Assembly: GCA_036273855.1 (NCBI GenBank)
Contig: DASUGU010000036.1
Span: forward strand, 11,041 to 75,040
Direction of reading: 5' to 3'
DNA length: 64,000 bases
Origin: Pseudonocardiaceae bacterium
Lineage (GTDB): Bacteria; Actinomycetota; Actinomycetes; Mycobacteriales; Pseudonocardiaceae
Program-made: the position numbers and the translations under genes
The notes under the pieces: generated by a model
What the model was told of the DNA's origin: nothing
The model's database searches: none
Seen by the model: only the letters and a program-made list of their open reading frames with translations
Part shown: positions 33,846 to 43,224 of the stretch, piece by piece
How positions within the stretch are numbered: the first letter of the stretch is position 1
Layout: every line of letters begins with the position of its first letter

Positions 33846-35240
33846 GTGACGTCTGCGGAAGGACGCCTCGTCGGTGGCCGGTACCGCCTGGACAGGCGGA
33901 TCGGTAGTGGCGCCATGGGCGTCGTATGGCAGGCGTACGACGAGCGCCTGCGGCGGGCCGTCGCGGTCAAGCAGCTCCGGCTGGAGCCGGGCCTGGACCC
34001 GGAGGACGCCAACGAGGCCAGAGAACGCGCCATGCGCGAGGGCCGGATCGCGGCCCGCCTGCACCATCCCAACGCGGTCAGCGTGTTCGACGTCGTGGAC
34101 GAGGACGACGCGCCCTGGCTGGTCATGGAGTACGTGCCCTCCCGCAGCCTGGCCGCCGAGATGGCCGAGCGCGGTGTCCTGCATCCCGACGAGGTCGGCC
34201 GGATCGGCGCGCAGGTAGCGCACGCCCTGGTCGCCGCCCACCAGGCCGGCATCGTGCACCGGGACATCAAGCCGGCCAACGTGCTGCTCGGCGAGGACGG
34301 CACGGTGAAGATCACCGACTTCGGCATCTCGCGGGCCTCCGGCGACGTCGCGGTGACCAAGACCGGCCTGATCGCCGGCACCCCCGCCTACCTGGCGCCC
34401 GAGGTGGCCTACGGCCGCCCGCCCGAGGCGCCGGCCGACGTCTTCTCCCTCGGCTCCACGCTCTACGCGGCGGTGGAGGGCGAGCCGCCGTTCGGTATGA
34501 GCGAGAACACCCTCGGCCTGCTGCACGCGGTCGCCGCCGGCCGGATCAACCCGCCGCAGCAGGCCGGCATCCTCACCGACGTGCTGATCCGGCTCCTCAA
34601 CGCCGATCCGGACGCCCGCCCGTCATCGGCCACGGCCGCCCGCTGGCTGGACGCGGTGGCCAGGGGCCAGCGCCCGGACCTGGCGGCGATGAGCCCGGAC
34701 TCGCTGGCCAGGATGGCCGCCGCCACCGCGATCGCACCCGGTTTCGGGCCGACCATCACCGATCGGACGCGAGCGATGACCACCGCCACCACCGGTCCGT
34801 ACCTGGGTGGCACGGGCCGCACCCAGGCCGTCCGGCCCTACGCTCCGCCCAACCGCAACCGTCGCGGCCTGATCGTGGCCGGGTTGAGCATCCTGGCCGT
34901 CGCCGCAGTGGCCGGCATACTGCTGCTGTCCGGCGTGCTGGATCATCACCAGAACCCGACGACCGAGCAGCCGCCCGCGTCGAACCCCACCCAGCCGGCC
35001 TTCCACAACGTGCCACCGCCCGCCTCCGTCAGCTTCTCCACGCCGCCGCAGACGTTGCAGCGCACGCAGCAGTCCACGCCCAGGCAGACCACCACCACCC
35101 CGCCGCCCACGACGACCACCCCGCCACCGGTCACGACGACCACGCCGCCGCCCGTCACGACCACGTCGCCGCCCGCTGCCACCACGACGTCCGCTGTCGA
35201 TGCGACGACCACGGGCAACGCCAACAACCTGAAGCCATGA
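33846..35240 (+). CDS. Ser/Thr protein kinase with TM segment and Pro/Thr-rich tail
   Basis: Hanks motifs: GSGAMGVV, AVK, HRDIKPANVLL, DFGISR and GTPAYLAPE. TM segment: LIVAGLSILAVAAVAGILLL. Confidence 0.9.
   Translation: MTSAEGRLVGGRYRLDRRIGSGAMGVVWQAYDERLRRAVAVKQLRLEPGLDPEDANEARERAMREGRIAARLHHPNAVSVFDVVDEDDAPWLVMEYVPSRSLAAEMAERGVLHPDEVGRIGAQVAHALVAAHQAGIVHRDIKPANVLLGEDGTVKITDFGISRASGDVAVTKTGLIAGTPAYLAPEVAYGRPPEAPADVFSLGSTLYAAVEGEPPFGMSENTLGLLHAVAAGRINPPQQAGILTDVLIRLLNADPDARPSSATAARWLDAVARGQRPDLAAMSPDSLARMAAATAIAPGFGPTITDRTRAMTTATTGPYLGGTGRTQAVRPYAPPNRNRRGLIVAGLSILAVAAVAGILLLSGVLDHHQNPTTEQPPASNPTQPAFHNVPPPASVSFSTPPQTLQRTQQSTPRQTTTTPPPTTTTPPPVTTTTPPPVTTTSPPAATTTSAVDATTTGNANNLKP
35089..35190 (+). 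repeat. coding low-complexity (TTTPPPV)n repeat
   Basis: Iterated ACC/ACG-CCG runs encoding TTTTPPPTTTTPPPVTTTTPPPVTTTSPPAATTT. Confidence 0.7.
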
Positions 35241-35267
35241 CCACCGACCGATTACTGAGGAGCGCTG

Positions 35268-36854
35268 GTGACTGAGGTTGGTCGGCTCATCGCCGACCGC
35301 TACCGGTTGACCGAACACATCGGTAGCGGCGCGATGGGCGTGGTCTGGCAGGCGCACGACGAGCGCCTGCACCGCACGGTCGCGCTCAAGCAACTGCTGC
35401 TGTCCCCCGGCTTGTCTTCCGCCGAGGCGCACGAGGCCCGGGAGCGGGCCATGCGCGAGGGCCGGATCGCGGCCCGGTTGCAGCACCCCAACGCGGTCGC
35501 CGTCTACGACGTGGTGGAGGACGCCGGTCAGCCGGTGCTGATCATGGAGTACGTGCCGTCGCAGAGCCTGTCGGCGGTGCTGGACTCGCGCGGTCCGCTG
35601 CCGCCGCACGAGGTGGCCCGGATCGGCGCGCAGGTCGCGACCGCGCTCACCGTCGCCCACCAGGCCGGCATCGTGCACCGGGACATCAAGCCGGGCAATG
35701 TGCTGCTGGCCGACGACGGCATCGTCAAGATCACCGACTTCGGCATCTCCCGGGCCACCGGCGACGTCACGGTGACCGCGACCGGCATGCTCGCCGGCAC
35801 TCCCGCGTACCTGGCGCCCGAGGTGGCCAAGGGCGAGAACCCCGGGCCGCCGTCGGACGTGTTCTCGCTGGCCTCCACCGTCTACGCGGCCGTGGAGGGC
35901 CACCCGCCGTTCGGCACCGGCGAGAACACGCTGGCGCTGCTGCACGCCGTGGCCGCCTGCCGGACCATGCCGCCGCGCAAGGCGGGTCCGCTGACCGCGT
36001 TGCTGATGGCGATGCTGCGGGCCAACCCGAACGACCGGCCCACCATGACCGAGGTGTCCCGCGCGCTGGCCGCGGTCGCCGCCGGTCAGGCCGCGGTCAA
36101 CCTCGGCCCGAGCACCGGGCCGAACCCGATGGCCGAGCCCAGCCCGCCGACGCCGCCGAGGCCGGACATCCTGGCGCCCGAGCCGTCCACGGTGCGCACC
36201 TGGCAGCCGGCCATGCATCCGCAGACCCCGTCCCGGGGCTACCCGGTGGGTCCGGCCGCGTACGCCGGTCCACCCTCGCCCGCAGGGCCGGTGTGGCGGC
36301 GCAGGGTGCTGACCGCGGTGGCGATCATCGTGGCCGCGCTGATCGGCATCCTGGTGGCCAACACGTTCGTCGACACCTCGGGTGACAACTCGGGCGCGGC
36401 GGCCGCCACGACCACGCCGGACCCGTCGGTGCTCAACGCGCCGCTGCCCAGCGCCCTGCCGACGTTCAGCGCACCGCCCGTGGTGACGGTGACGTCGAAC
36501 CCGGTGACGCAGACCCCGCAGGACGGCAAGGCGCAGACCCAGGCGGAACTGGCCGTGCTGCACGCCTACGTCGGCCTGCTGCCCGACCACGCGGGCCAGG
36601 CGTTCGCCCTGCTCACCCCGGCCGAGCAGGCGCGCAGCGGTGGCATCGGCGGCTACCTGCGGACCTGGGGCGCCGTCAAGCAGGTCGACCTGGGCGGCAC
36701 CGACCAGCGCGCCGGCGCACTGCTGGCGAAGATCAAGGTGTCGCCGAAGGTCGGCAAGTCCACCGACAACACCTACCGGTTCACGTTCGCCCAGCAGAAC
36801 GGCGGCCTGCTGATCAACAGCATCACCCTGGTCGGCCGGTCCCGGCACGACTAG
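35268..36854 (+). CDS. Ser/Thr protein kinase (tandem paralogue) with TM and C-terminal ectodomain
   Basis: GTG at 35268. Motifs: GSGAMGVV, ALK, HRDIKPGNVLL, DFGISR and GTPAYLAPE. TM segment: VLTAVAIIVAALIGILVA. Confidence 0.9.
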   Translation: MTEVGRLIADRYRLTEHIGSGAMGVVWQAHDERLHRTVALKQLLLSPGLSSAEAHEARERAMREGRIAARLQHPNAVAVYDVVEDAGQPVLIMEYVPSQSLSAVLDSRGPLPPHEVARIGAQVATALTVAHQAGIVHRDIKPGNVLLADDGIVKITDFGISRATGDVTVTATGMLAGTPAYLAPEVAKGENPGPPSDVFSLASTVYAAVEGHPPFGTGENTLALLHAVAACRTMPPRKAGPLTALLMAMLRANPNDRPTMTEVSRALAAVAAGQAAVNLGPSTGPNPMAEPSPPTPPRPDILAPEPSTVRTWQPAMHPQTPSRGYPVGPAAYAGPPSPAGPVWRRRVLTAVAIIVAALIGILVANTFVDTSGDNSGAAAATTTPDPSVLNAPLPSALPTFSAPPVVTVTSNPVTQTPQDGKAQTQAELAVLHAYVGLLPDHAGQAFALLTPAEQARSGGIGGYLRTWGAVKQVDLGGTDQRAGALLAKIKVSPKVGKSTDNTYRFTFAQQNGGLLINSITLVGRSRHD

Positions 36855-37758
36855 CGGGCGCCACGGCCAAGGCGGCGGTGCGCAGCGCCTCCACCATGCC
36901 GAGCACGGCCGGCTGGCCGGATGCGGCGTCGGCGACGGCCGCGTAGATCGACCGCACCGGACGCGGATTCGTCAGTTCCCGTACCAGCACCCCGGGATGG
37001 ACGCTGCCCAGGCCGAGTCCGGGCACCATGGTCACGCCCAGCCCGGCGGCGACGAAGCCCTGGGCGGTCGGGTAGTCGTCGGACTCGACGACGAACTTCG
37101 GCACGAAGCCGGCGGCCGCGAAGGCGTCCAGCATGATCTCCCGGCAGACGCCCGGCGGCATCTCGTTGTCCACCCACGGGTCGTCGGCCAGTTCGGTCAG
37201 GTCGATCGCGGCCCGGTCGGCCAGCCGGTGTCCTCGGGGCAGCACCAGGTGGTAGACGTCGTCCAGCAGGTGCACCAGGGTGACCCGCTGGCGGGCCACG
37301 GCGTCCGGGCGCAGCACCACGAGCTGGATGTCGGCCTCGCCGCTGCTGGCCTGGTCCGGGCTGTAGGCCGGGTCGTGCAGCCGCAGGTCCAGGCGGATGC
37401 CGGGGTAGCGGTCGATGAACGCGGCCACGGCGGGCGGCACGAGCGCGGCGCCCGCGGTGGCGAAGTAGTGCACCCGCAGCCGGCCGGCCCGCCCTGAGCG
37501 CAGGTCGGCCAGTTCGTTCTCCGCCGAGGTCAGCCGGCTCATGATCTCGTCGGCGTGCCTGGCCAGCAGCCGCCCGGCCGCGGTGGGCCGCACGCCCCGG
37601 CCGGCCTTCTCCAGCAGCGGCATGCCGGCCTCCCGTTCCAGCACGCCGATCTGCTGGCTCACGGCCGACGGTGTGTAGCCGAGATTCGCCGCCGCCGCGC
37701 TGATGGAACCGCTGGTCACGACCGATCGGAGCACCCTGAGCCTGCGTACGTCCAACAT
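36823..37758 (-). CDS. LysR-family transcriptional regulator
   Basis: MLDVRRLRVLRSVVTSGSISAAAANLGYTPSAVSQQIGVLERE is the LysR HTH. A substrate-binding domain follows. Confidence 0.9.
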   Translation of the reverse strand: MLDVRRLRVLRSVVTSGSISAAAANLGYTPSAVSQQIGVLEREAGMPLLEKAGRGVRPTAAGRLLARHADEIMSRLTSAENELADLRSGRAGRLRVHYFATAGAALVPPAVAAFIDRYPGIRLDLRLHDPAYSPDQASSGEADIQLVVLRPDAVARQRVTLVHLLDDVYHLVLPRGHRLADRAAIDLTELADDPWVDNEMPPGVCREIMLDAFAAAGFVPKFVVESDDYPTAQGFVAAGLGVTMVPGLGLGSVHPGVLVRELTNPRPVRSIYAAVADAASGQPAVLGMVEALRTAALAVAPASRAGTGRPG

Positions 37759-37840
37759 GCCGAGACGATATAGGCGAACTTAAGCATTCAGAAGCAGATA
37801 TCGCTTGTGCTTACACATCGGGCGTTCGACAGTGGAGGAC

Positions 37841-38770
37841 ATGCGGTCCTGGGGCAGCCTGGCGCGCTTCGTCGCGCTGGCACTGATGTGGGGATCCAGC
37901 TTCCTCTGGATCAAGATCGGGCTCGGTGGGTTGTCACCGGTGCAGATCACCCTGATCCGGCTGGTCCTGGGCGCCGCGCTGATGCTCGGGCTGGTGTTCG
38001 CCACGCGCGCGACGATGCCCAAGGGGTGGCGGTCGTGGGCGAAGATCCTGGTGCCGGCGTCGTTCGGCAGCTCGGTGCCGTTCACGCTGTTCGCCCTCGG
38101 CGAGCGCAGCGTCGACTCCGGTGTGGCGGGCGTGCTGAACGCGACCACCCCGCTGTGGGCGCTGCTGATCGCGCTGGTCCTGGGCACCGAGCGGCACCTG
38201 GGCGTGGTACGGACCATCGGGCTGCTGCTCGGGTTCGGCGGCACGCTGCTGATCTTCGCGCCGTGGCAGGCCGCCGGGCTGGCCAGCTGGGGTGCGCTGG
38301 CGTGCCTGATGGCGGCGATCTCATACGCGATCAGCTACACGTACATCGCGCGGTACCTGTCCGGCACGCTGTCCCCCGCCGCCCTGTCCGCCGCGCAACT
38401 GTCCGGCGGTGTGGTGCTGGTGCTGATCGTGTCGCCGGTGGCCGGCGGCCTGGACCCGATCCGGATCAGTGCCGCGCCGCTGATCGCGGTGACCGTGCTG
38501 GGCATTGCCAGCACCGGTGTGGCGTTCCTGCTGAACAACCGGCTGATCGCGGACGAGGGCGCGGTGACCGCCACGTCGGTGGGCTACCTGCTACCGGTGG
38601 TGTCGGTGCTGCTGGGCGCGCTGTTCCTGGGTGAGCACCTGAACATCCGCATCGTCGCCGGGATGCTGGTCGTCCTGGCGGGTGTGGCCCTGTCCCGCCG
38701 GCACGCCGCCCGCCGCCGGGCCGCGGACGGCGACCTGACCGACTCCGAGCAGAAGCCCGCCTTGTCGTAA
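37841..38770 (+). CDS. EamA/DMT-family transporter
   Basis: ATG at 37841. It has about ten TM helices and the start ALMWGSSFLWIKIGL typical of EamA repeats. It is divergent from the LysR gene. Confidence 0.85.
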   Translation: MRSWGSLARFVALALMWGSSFLWIKIGLGGLSPVQITLIRLVLGAALMLGLVFATRATMPKGWRSWAKILVPASFGSSVPFTLFALGERSVDSGVAGVLNATTPLWALLIALVLGTERHLGVVRTIGLLLGFGGTLLIFAPWQAAGLASWGALACLMAAISYAISYTYIARYLSGTLSPAALSAAQLSGGVVLVLIVSPVAGGLDPIRISAAPLIAVTVLGIASTGVAFLLNNRLIADEGAVTATSVGYLLPVVSVLLGALFLGEHLNIRIVAGMLVVLAGVALSRRHAARRRAADGDLTDSEQKPALS

Positions 38771-38804
38771 CGGCGTGCGGCCAGCCGGGTAAATCTGGCG
38801 AGAG

Positions 38805-39509
38805 TTGTTGGCGCGCAAGGTTCTTACGGCGCAGCCTGGACAGGTGGGGGACCCGCGGAGTTTCTGGGGACGGTTGGCGGCCGGCGAGCGGGACGCGCTG
38901 GTGGCCGCCGGGGTGCGGCGCGCCTTTCCGGCCGGTGCCGTGCTGTGCCGGCAGGGCGACACGTCACATCACGTGCTCGTGCTGCTGACCGGGCACGTGC
39001 GGGTGACCCGGGTGGCGATGGACGGCCGGCAGATCGTGGCCGGGGTGCGCGGGCCCGGTGACGTGCTGGGCGAACTGGCGGCGGTGGACGCGCGCCCGCG
39101 CTCGGCGACCGTGACGGCGCTGGTCGACGTGGGCACGCTCACCGTGTCCGGGCAGCGGTTCGCGGCGCTGTGCCAGACCCGGCCGAGGATCGCGTGGGTG
39201 CTGCTGGGCGTGGTGGCCGACCGGCTGCGCGAGTCCGGGCGGCAGTTCGCCGAGTTCGGCGGCGGGCACACCGCCCAGCGGGTGGCGGCGCTGCTGCTGG
39301 AACTGGCCGTGCGGGAAGGCAAACCGGCCGGAGACGCGGTGGAGATCACCCTGTGGAGCGGGCAGCGCGAGCTGGCCGCGGCCGCCGCGACGTCCCGCGA
39401 GTCGGTGGCCAGGGCGTTGCGGATGCTGCGCGAGCAGGGCCTGGTGAGCACCCGGCGCGGCCACGTCACCATCCACGACGTGGCGGGCCTGCGCCGGCTG
39501 GCCAGCTGA
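38805..39509 (+). CDS. Crp/Fnr-family transcriptional regulator
   Basis: It has a cNMP-binding-like beta-roll (GDVLGELAAVDARPRSATVTA) and the C-terminal HTH SRESVARALRMLREQGLV. The start is uncertain. Confidence 0.8.
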   Translation: MLARKVLTAQPGQVGDPRSFWGRLAAGERDALVAAGVRRAFPAGAVLCRQGDTSHHVLVLLTGHVRVTRVAMDGRQIVAGVRGPGDVLGELAAVDARPRSATVTALVDVGTLTVSGQRFAALCQTRPRIAWVLLGVVADRLRESGRQFAEFGGGHTAQRVAALLLELAVREGKPAGDAVEITLWSGQRELAAAAATSRESVARALRMLREQGLVSTRRGHVTIHDVAGLRRLAS

Positions 39510-39592
39510 CCGCCGCCTTGTGTGTCATCTGACGCAACACAGCGCGGGGCCTGCGGCTACACCTGGTACATCCCCACCCGAAGGAGCGGAAA

Positions 39593-39817
39593 GTGATGTA
39601 CCGCAGGGACTTCTACCTGACCGTGCTGATCATGGCGGCCACCATGGTCCAGGTGTGGGCGTTCATGGTGGTGCTGCGGACCGAACGTCCGGCCGGCACC
39701 GCCCATCTCGCCCTGACGGTGACCCTGATCAGCGCCGGCATCGCCGTCTTGGTCGGCTGGTACTACGTGATCCGGACGTCCCGCAGCCACGTCGACCGGT
39801 TCGATCGGGCCCGCTGA
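39593..39817 (+). CDS. small two-helix membrane protein
   Basis: 74-aa ORF with two hydrophobic segments. No family recognised. Confidence 0.35.
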   Translation: MMYRRDFYLTVLIMAATMVQVWAFMVVLRTERPAGTAHLALTVTLISAGIAVLVGWYYVIRTSRSHVDRFDRAR

Positions 39818-39935
39818 CCTGGGCGAACAGAAAGTTGGGGAAATCGCGCCCCTCGGTGTCGAAAGCGGCGGCAGCACTTCGTAGCTGGAGTGACAGGCCG
39901 AGACGGCCGCCACGAAGGACTCCGAAGGAGCGATC

Positions 39936-40490
39936 ATGCGTAAGATCATCAACTCGACCTACGTCACCCTCGACGGCGTCATCCAGGACCCGCAGGACTG
40001 GCCGAGCCTGGGCAGCTTCTCCACCGAGGGCTTCGCCATCCAGAACGAACTGCTGCAGAGCTGCGACGCGGTGATCATGGGCCGGCACACCTACGACGGC
40101 TTCGTGCCGGTGTGGACCAGCCGCTCGGGCGACCCGTACAGCGACCACATCAACTCGATGCCCAAGTACGTGGTCTCCACCACCCTGACCGACCCGGTGT
40201 GGAACAACACCACCGTCGTCGACAACGACCCGATCGGGACCATCCGCGACCTCAAGCAGCAGCCCGGTGGCGACATCGTCCAGTACGGCTTCGGCCGGCT
40301 CGCCCACGAGCTGATGGCCGAGGGCCTGCTCGACGAACTGCGCCTGTGGGTCCACCCCTTCTTCGTCGGCACCGGCAAGTCCGACGAGCTGCTCTTCCGC
40401 GGCGGCTCGGCCGGCACCTTCACCCACACCGGCACCATCACCCTGGACAGCGGCATCGTCATCCTCACCTACCAGGCCACCCACGCCTGA
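39936..40490 (+). CDS. dihydrofolate-reductase-like (RibD C-terminal domain) family protein
   Basis: The ATG follows AAGGAG. MRKIINSTYVTLDGVIQDP...MGRHTYDGF...PKYVVSTTL is typical of this family. Confidence 0.8.
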   Translation: MRKIINSTYVTLDGVIQDPQDWPSLGSFSTEGFAIQNELLQSCDAVIMGRHTYDGFVPVWTSRSGDPYSDHINSMPKYVVSTTLTDPVWNNTTVVDNDPIGTIRDLKQQPGGDIVQYGFGRLAHELMAEGLLDELRLWVHPFFVGTGKSDELLFRGGSAGTFTHTGTITLDSGIVILTYQATHA

Positions 40491-40492
40491 CA

Positions 40493-41023
40493 GTGCCGAC
40501 CGTGCCGACCGGAGAGGGATCCGCCAGGAACTACGACGGTCTCGTCAAGCGCCTGAACGTGCCGGACGAGTGGCCGGCACCCGCCGAGCTGACCTACCAG
40601 AACATCCGCGCCTCCGCGATCACCCGCGATCACCTCGACGACGACGTGCGCGGCATCAACGCCAGCATCGACCTGATCCGGCGGTCCCGGGGCGGCAGCT
40701 GGCCGACCGAACCGGTCACCGCCGACTTCAACTACGTCGACCTGGTCTGGCACGAGTGCGAGTTCCGCGAGAACGACTCGTACACCTACGCCGTGTACGC
40801 CGACGGCCGGTACCTCGGCTGCGCCTACCTGTACCCGATGGGACGGCGCACGCCCCTGACCGACGAGCTGATCAACCACGACGTCGACGTCAGTTGGTGG
40901 GTGACACCGGAGGCGTACGAGAAGGGCTACTACACCAAGGTGTACGCCGCGCTCCAGCAGTGGATCGACACGATGTTCCCGTTCTCGAAGCCGTTCTACT
41001 CGAACACCGAGATCCCGTCCTGA
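40493..41023 (+). CDS. GNAT-like acetyltransferase family protein (tentative)
   Basis: The GTG at 40493 is in frame with ORF 40112..41023. The pattern WPTEPVTADFNYVDLVWHECEFRENDSYTYAVY...YLGCAYLYP resembles small actinobacterial GNAT-fold proteins. Confidence 0.45.
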   Translation: MPTVPTGEGSARNYDGLVKRLNVPDEWPAPAELTYQNIRASAITRDHLDDDVRGINASIDLIRRSRGGSWPTEPVTADFNYVDLVWHECEFRENDSYTYAVYADGRYLGCAYLYPMGRRTPLTDELINHDVDVSWWVTPEAYEKGYYTKVYAALQQWIDTMFPFSKPFYSNTEIPS

Positions 41024-41099
41024 CTCACGGGTGATCGGCGGACAGTTCAGCGACGCGCCGAACGCCGTCGCGGCCGGCCACCCGTCCACCGGGCGGTGT

Positions 41100-41762
41100 C
41101 TAGACCAGGCGGCGGTCGGTGGCCCAGCGGGACAGTTCGTACCGGTTGGAGAGCTGAGTCTTGCGCAGGACGCTGGACACGTGGGTCTCGACCGTCTTCA
41201 CCGAGATGAACAGCTCGGACGCGATCTCCTTGTAGGCGTAGCCGCGGGCCAGCAGCCGCAGGACGTCCCGCTCCCTGGGGGTGAGCAGGTCGAGTTCCGG
41301 GTCGCTGATCGGCGCGGCACCCGGGCGGTCGGCGAAGGCGTCCAGGACGAAGCCGGCCAGGCGGGGTGAGAAGACGGCGTCGCCTGCGGCGACCCGGGTG
41401 ACGGCGGTGGCGAGTTCGCGGCTGGAGATCGTCTTGGTGACGTAGCCCCGGGCGCCCGCCCGGATGACCGCGATGACGTCCTCGGCCGCGTCGGACACCG
41501 ACAGGGCCAGGAACACCACGTCGGGCAGGTCGGGGCGGACCCGGCGGAGCACCTCGGCCCCGCCGCCGTCGGGCATGTGCACGTCCAGCAGCACGACGTC
41601 CGGCTTGGTGTGGGCGATGCCGACGACGGCCTCACCGACCGAACCGGCCTCGCCGACCAGGTCGACGTCGTCGGTCAGCGTGGACAGCTCCGCCCGCACG
41701 CCGGCGCGGAACAGCGCGTGGTCGTCGACCAGGTAGACCCGTACCGGCTTGTTGTCCGCCAT
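41100..41762 (-). CDS. NarL/LuxR-family response regulator
   Basis: The receiver has DD and D (VYLVDDH, DVVLLDVHMPDG). The C-terminal LuxR HTH reads TPRERDVLRLLARGYAYKEIASELFISVKTVETHVSSVLRK. Confidence 0.9.
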   Translation of the reverse strand: MADNKPVRVYLVDDHALFRAGVRAELSTLTDDVDLVGEAGSVGEAVVGIAHTKPDVVLLDVHMPDGGGAEVLRRVRPDLPDVVFLALSVSDAAEDVIAVIRAGARGYVTKTISSRELATAVTRVAAGDAVFSPRLAGFVLDAFADRPGAAPISDPELDLLTPRERDVLRLLARGYAYKEIASELFISVKTVETHVSSVLRKTQLSNRYELSRWATDRRLV

Positions 41763-43063
41763 CAGTTCCCGCCCTTCGCGGCCACCTTGGTCCTCGGCAT
41801 CGTCAGCTGGACCTCGGTGCCGTCACCGATCCGAGTCTTGAGCGTGACGACACCGCCGTGCCGCTCCATCCTCCCCCGGATCGAGTCGGCGAGCCCATGC
41901 CGGTCGGGTGAGACGCCGTCCGGGTCGAAACCCTTGCCCCTGTCCCGGACGAACACGGTGACGTTCTCGGCCTCGACCTCGGCGTACACGCTGATCTCGG
42001 CGGCGCCGGAGTGCTTGGCGGCGTTCACCGCCGCCTCGCGGGTGGCCTGCACCAGCGCGCCGACGTCCTTGTCCATCTGGCAGTCGCCGACCACGACCGG
42101 CCGCACGGCGATGGCGAACGCGTCCTCGACCTCGCCGCACGTCTCGGCGATCGCCTGGGACAGCGTGGTCGGGCCGGGCACGCCGTCGCGGGTCGCGGCG
42201 CCGTAGCCGTCCGGCCCGTAGAGCCAGCTGCGCAGCTGCCGTTCCTGGCCGCGGGCCAGCCGGAGCACCTCGCGCGACGCCTCGGGCTGCTTCTGGATCA
42301 GCGCAAGCGTTTGCAGCACGGAATCGTGCAGGTGGGCGGCGATCTCGGCGCGTTCCTCGGTGCGGATCCTGGCGCGCCGCTCGTCACCGAGGTCGCGGAC
42401 CAGGCGGATCCACCACGGCACGGTCAGCACCGCGACGCCGACCAGCGTGGCCAGCACGGCGGCCAGCGCGAACTGGACCTGGCCGAACGTGGTGGTACGC
42501 AGCACGACGACACCGATGCCGACCAGCACCAGCACCGCGCCGGTGAGCACCCGGGTGACCCCGGTCCAGCCACCGCCGCCGAGCGTGCCGGACCGGGCGC
42601 CGGTCATCCACCGGCGGCGCTGGGCCGAGTCGGCCTCGCGCCACACGACGGCCGCGCCGACCAGCGCGACACCGGTGGGCACCGCGACCCAGGTGCTCAC
42701 CACGCCGGACAGGGCGCCGACCGCCACCGCCAGGCTGATGCCCAGCGCGATCAGCGCGAACGCCTGCTGCCGTTCCTTCTGCGACGGCCGCGCCTCGGCG
42801 GCCTCGACCGACTCCTGCGGCACGAACACCCACAGCAGGGCGTACGCCACCAGGCCGGCCCCGGCGCAGGCGGCGAGCAGCGCGAACGCGGCCCGCACCC
42901 ACAGCACGTTGACGTTCAGGTGGTCGGCCAGGCCACTGGCCACGCCGCCGATGACCCGACCCGACCGGTGCCGGCGCATCATCGGCGTGCCGTCCGGCCG
43001 GGCGACCAGCGCGGCCGGCCGCCACCGGCCGGTGCCCGGCGCCCGAACCTTCCCGTCGCTCAC
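41762..43063 (-). CDS. PspC-domain sensor histidine kinase
   Basis: It has the N-terminal PspC motif GRVIGGVASGLADHLNVNVLWVRAAF, TM helices, the HisKA_3 H-box AAHLHDSVLQTL and an HATPase domain. The overlap with the regulator gene is of ATGA type. Confidence 0.8.
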   Translation of the reverse strand: MSDGKVRAPGTGRWRPAALVARPDGTPMMRRHRSGRVIGGVASGLADHLNVNVLWVRAAFALLAACAGAGLVAYALLWVFVPQESVEAAEARPSQKERQQAFALIALGISLAVAVGALSGVVSTWVAVPTGVALVGAAVVWREADSAQRRRWMTGARSGTLGGGGWTGVTRVLTGAVLVLVGIGVVVLRTTTFGQVQFALAAVLATLVGVAVLTVPWWIRLVRDLGDERRARIRTEERAEIAAHLHDSVLQTLALIQKQPEASREVLRLARGQERQLRSWLYGPDGYGAATRDGVPGPTTLSQAIAETCGEVEDAFAIAVRPVVVGDCQMDKDVGALVQATREAAVNAAKHSGAAEISVYAEVEAENVTVFVRDRGKGFDPDGVSPDRHGLADSIRGRMERHGGVVTLKTRIGDGTEVQLTMPRTKVAAKGGN

Positions 43064-43224
43064 CTCTACAGGGTCACACGTGGCGACCCCGGAATCATCC
43101 GGGATGCCCCGGAACGAACTCCGGGGCGTCTCCGGGGCGTCCCGGATGTCCCAGGTGACCGCCGGGCGGGATGCTCAGTGCTGTGAGTGCGACAGAGGGG
43201 AACTCGACCGGAAACGTCGAGGAC

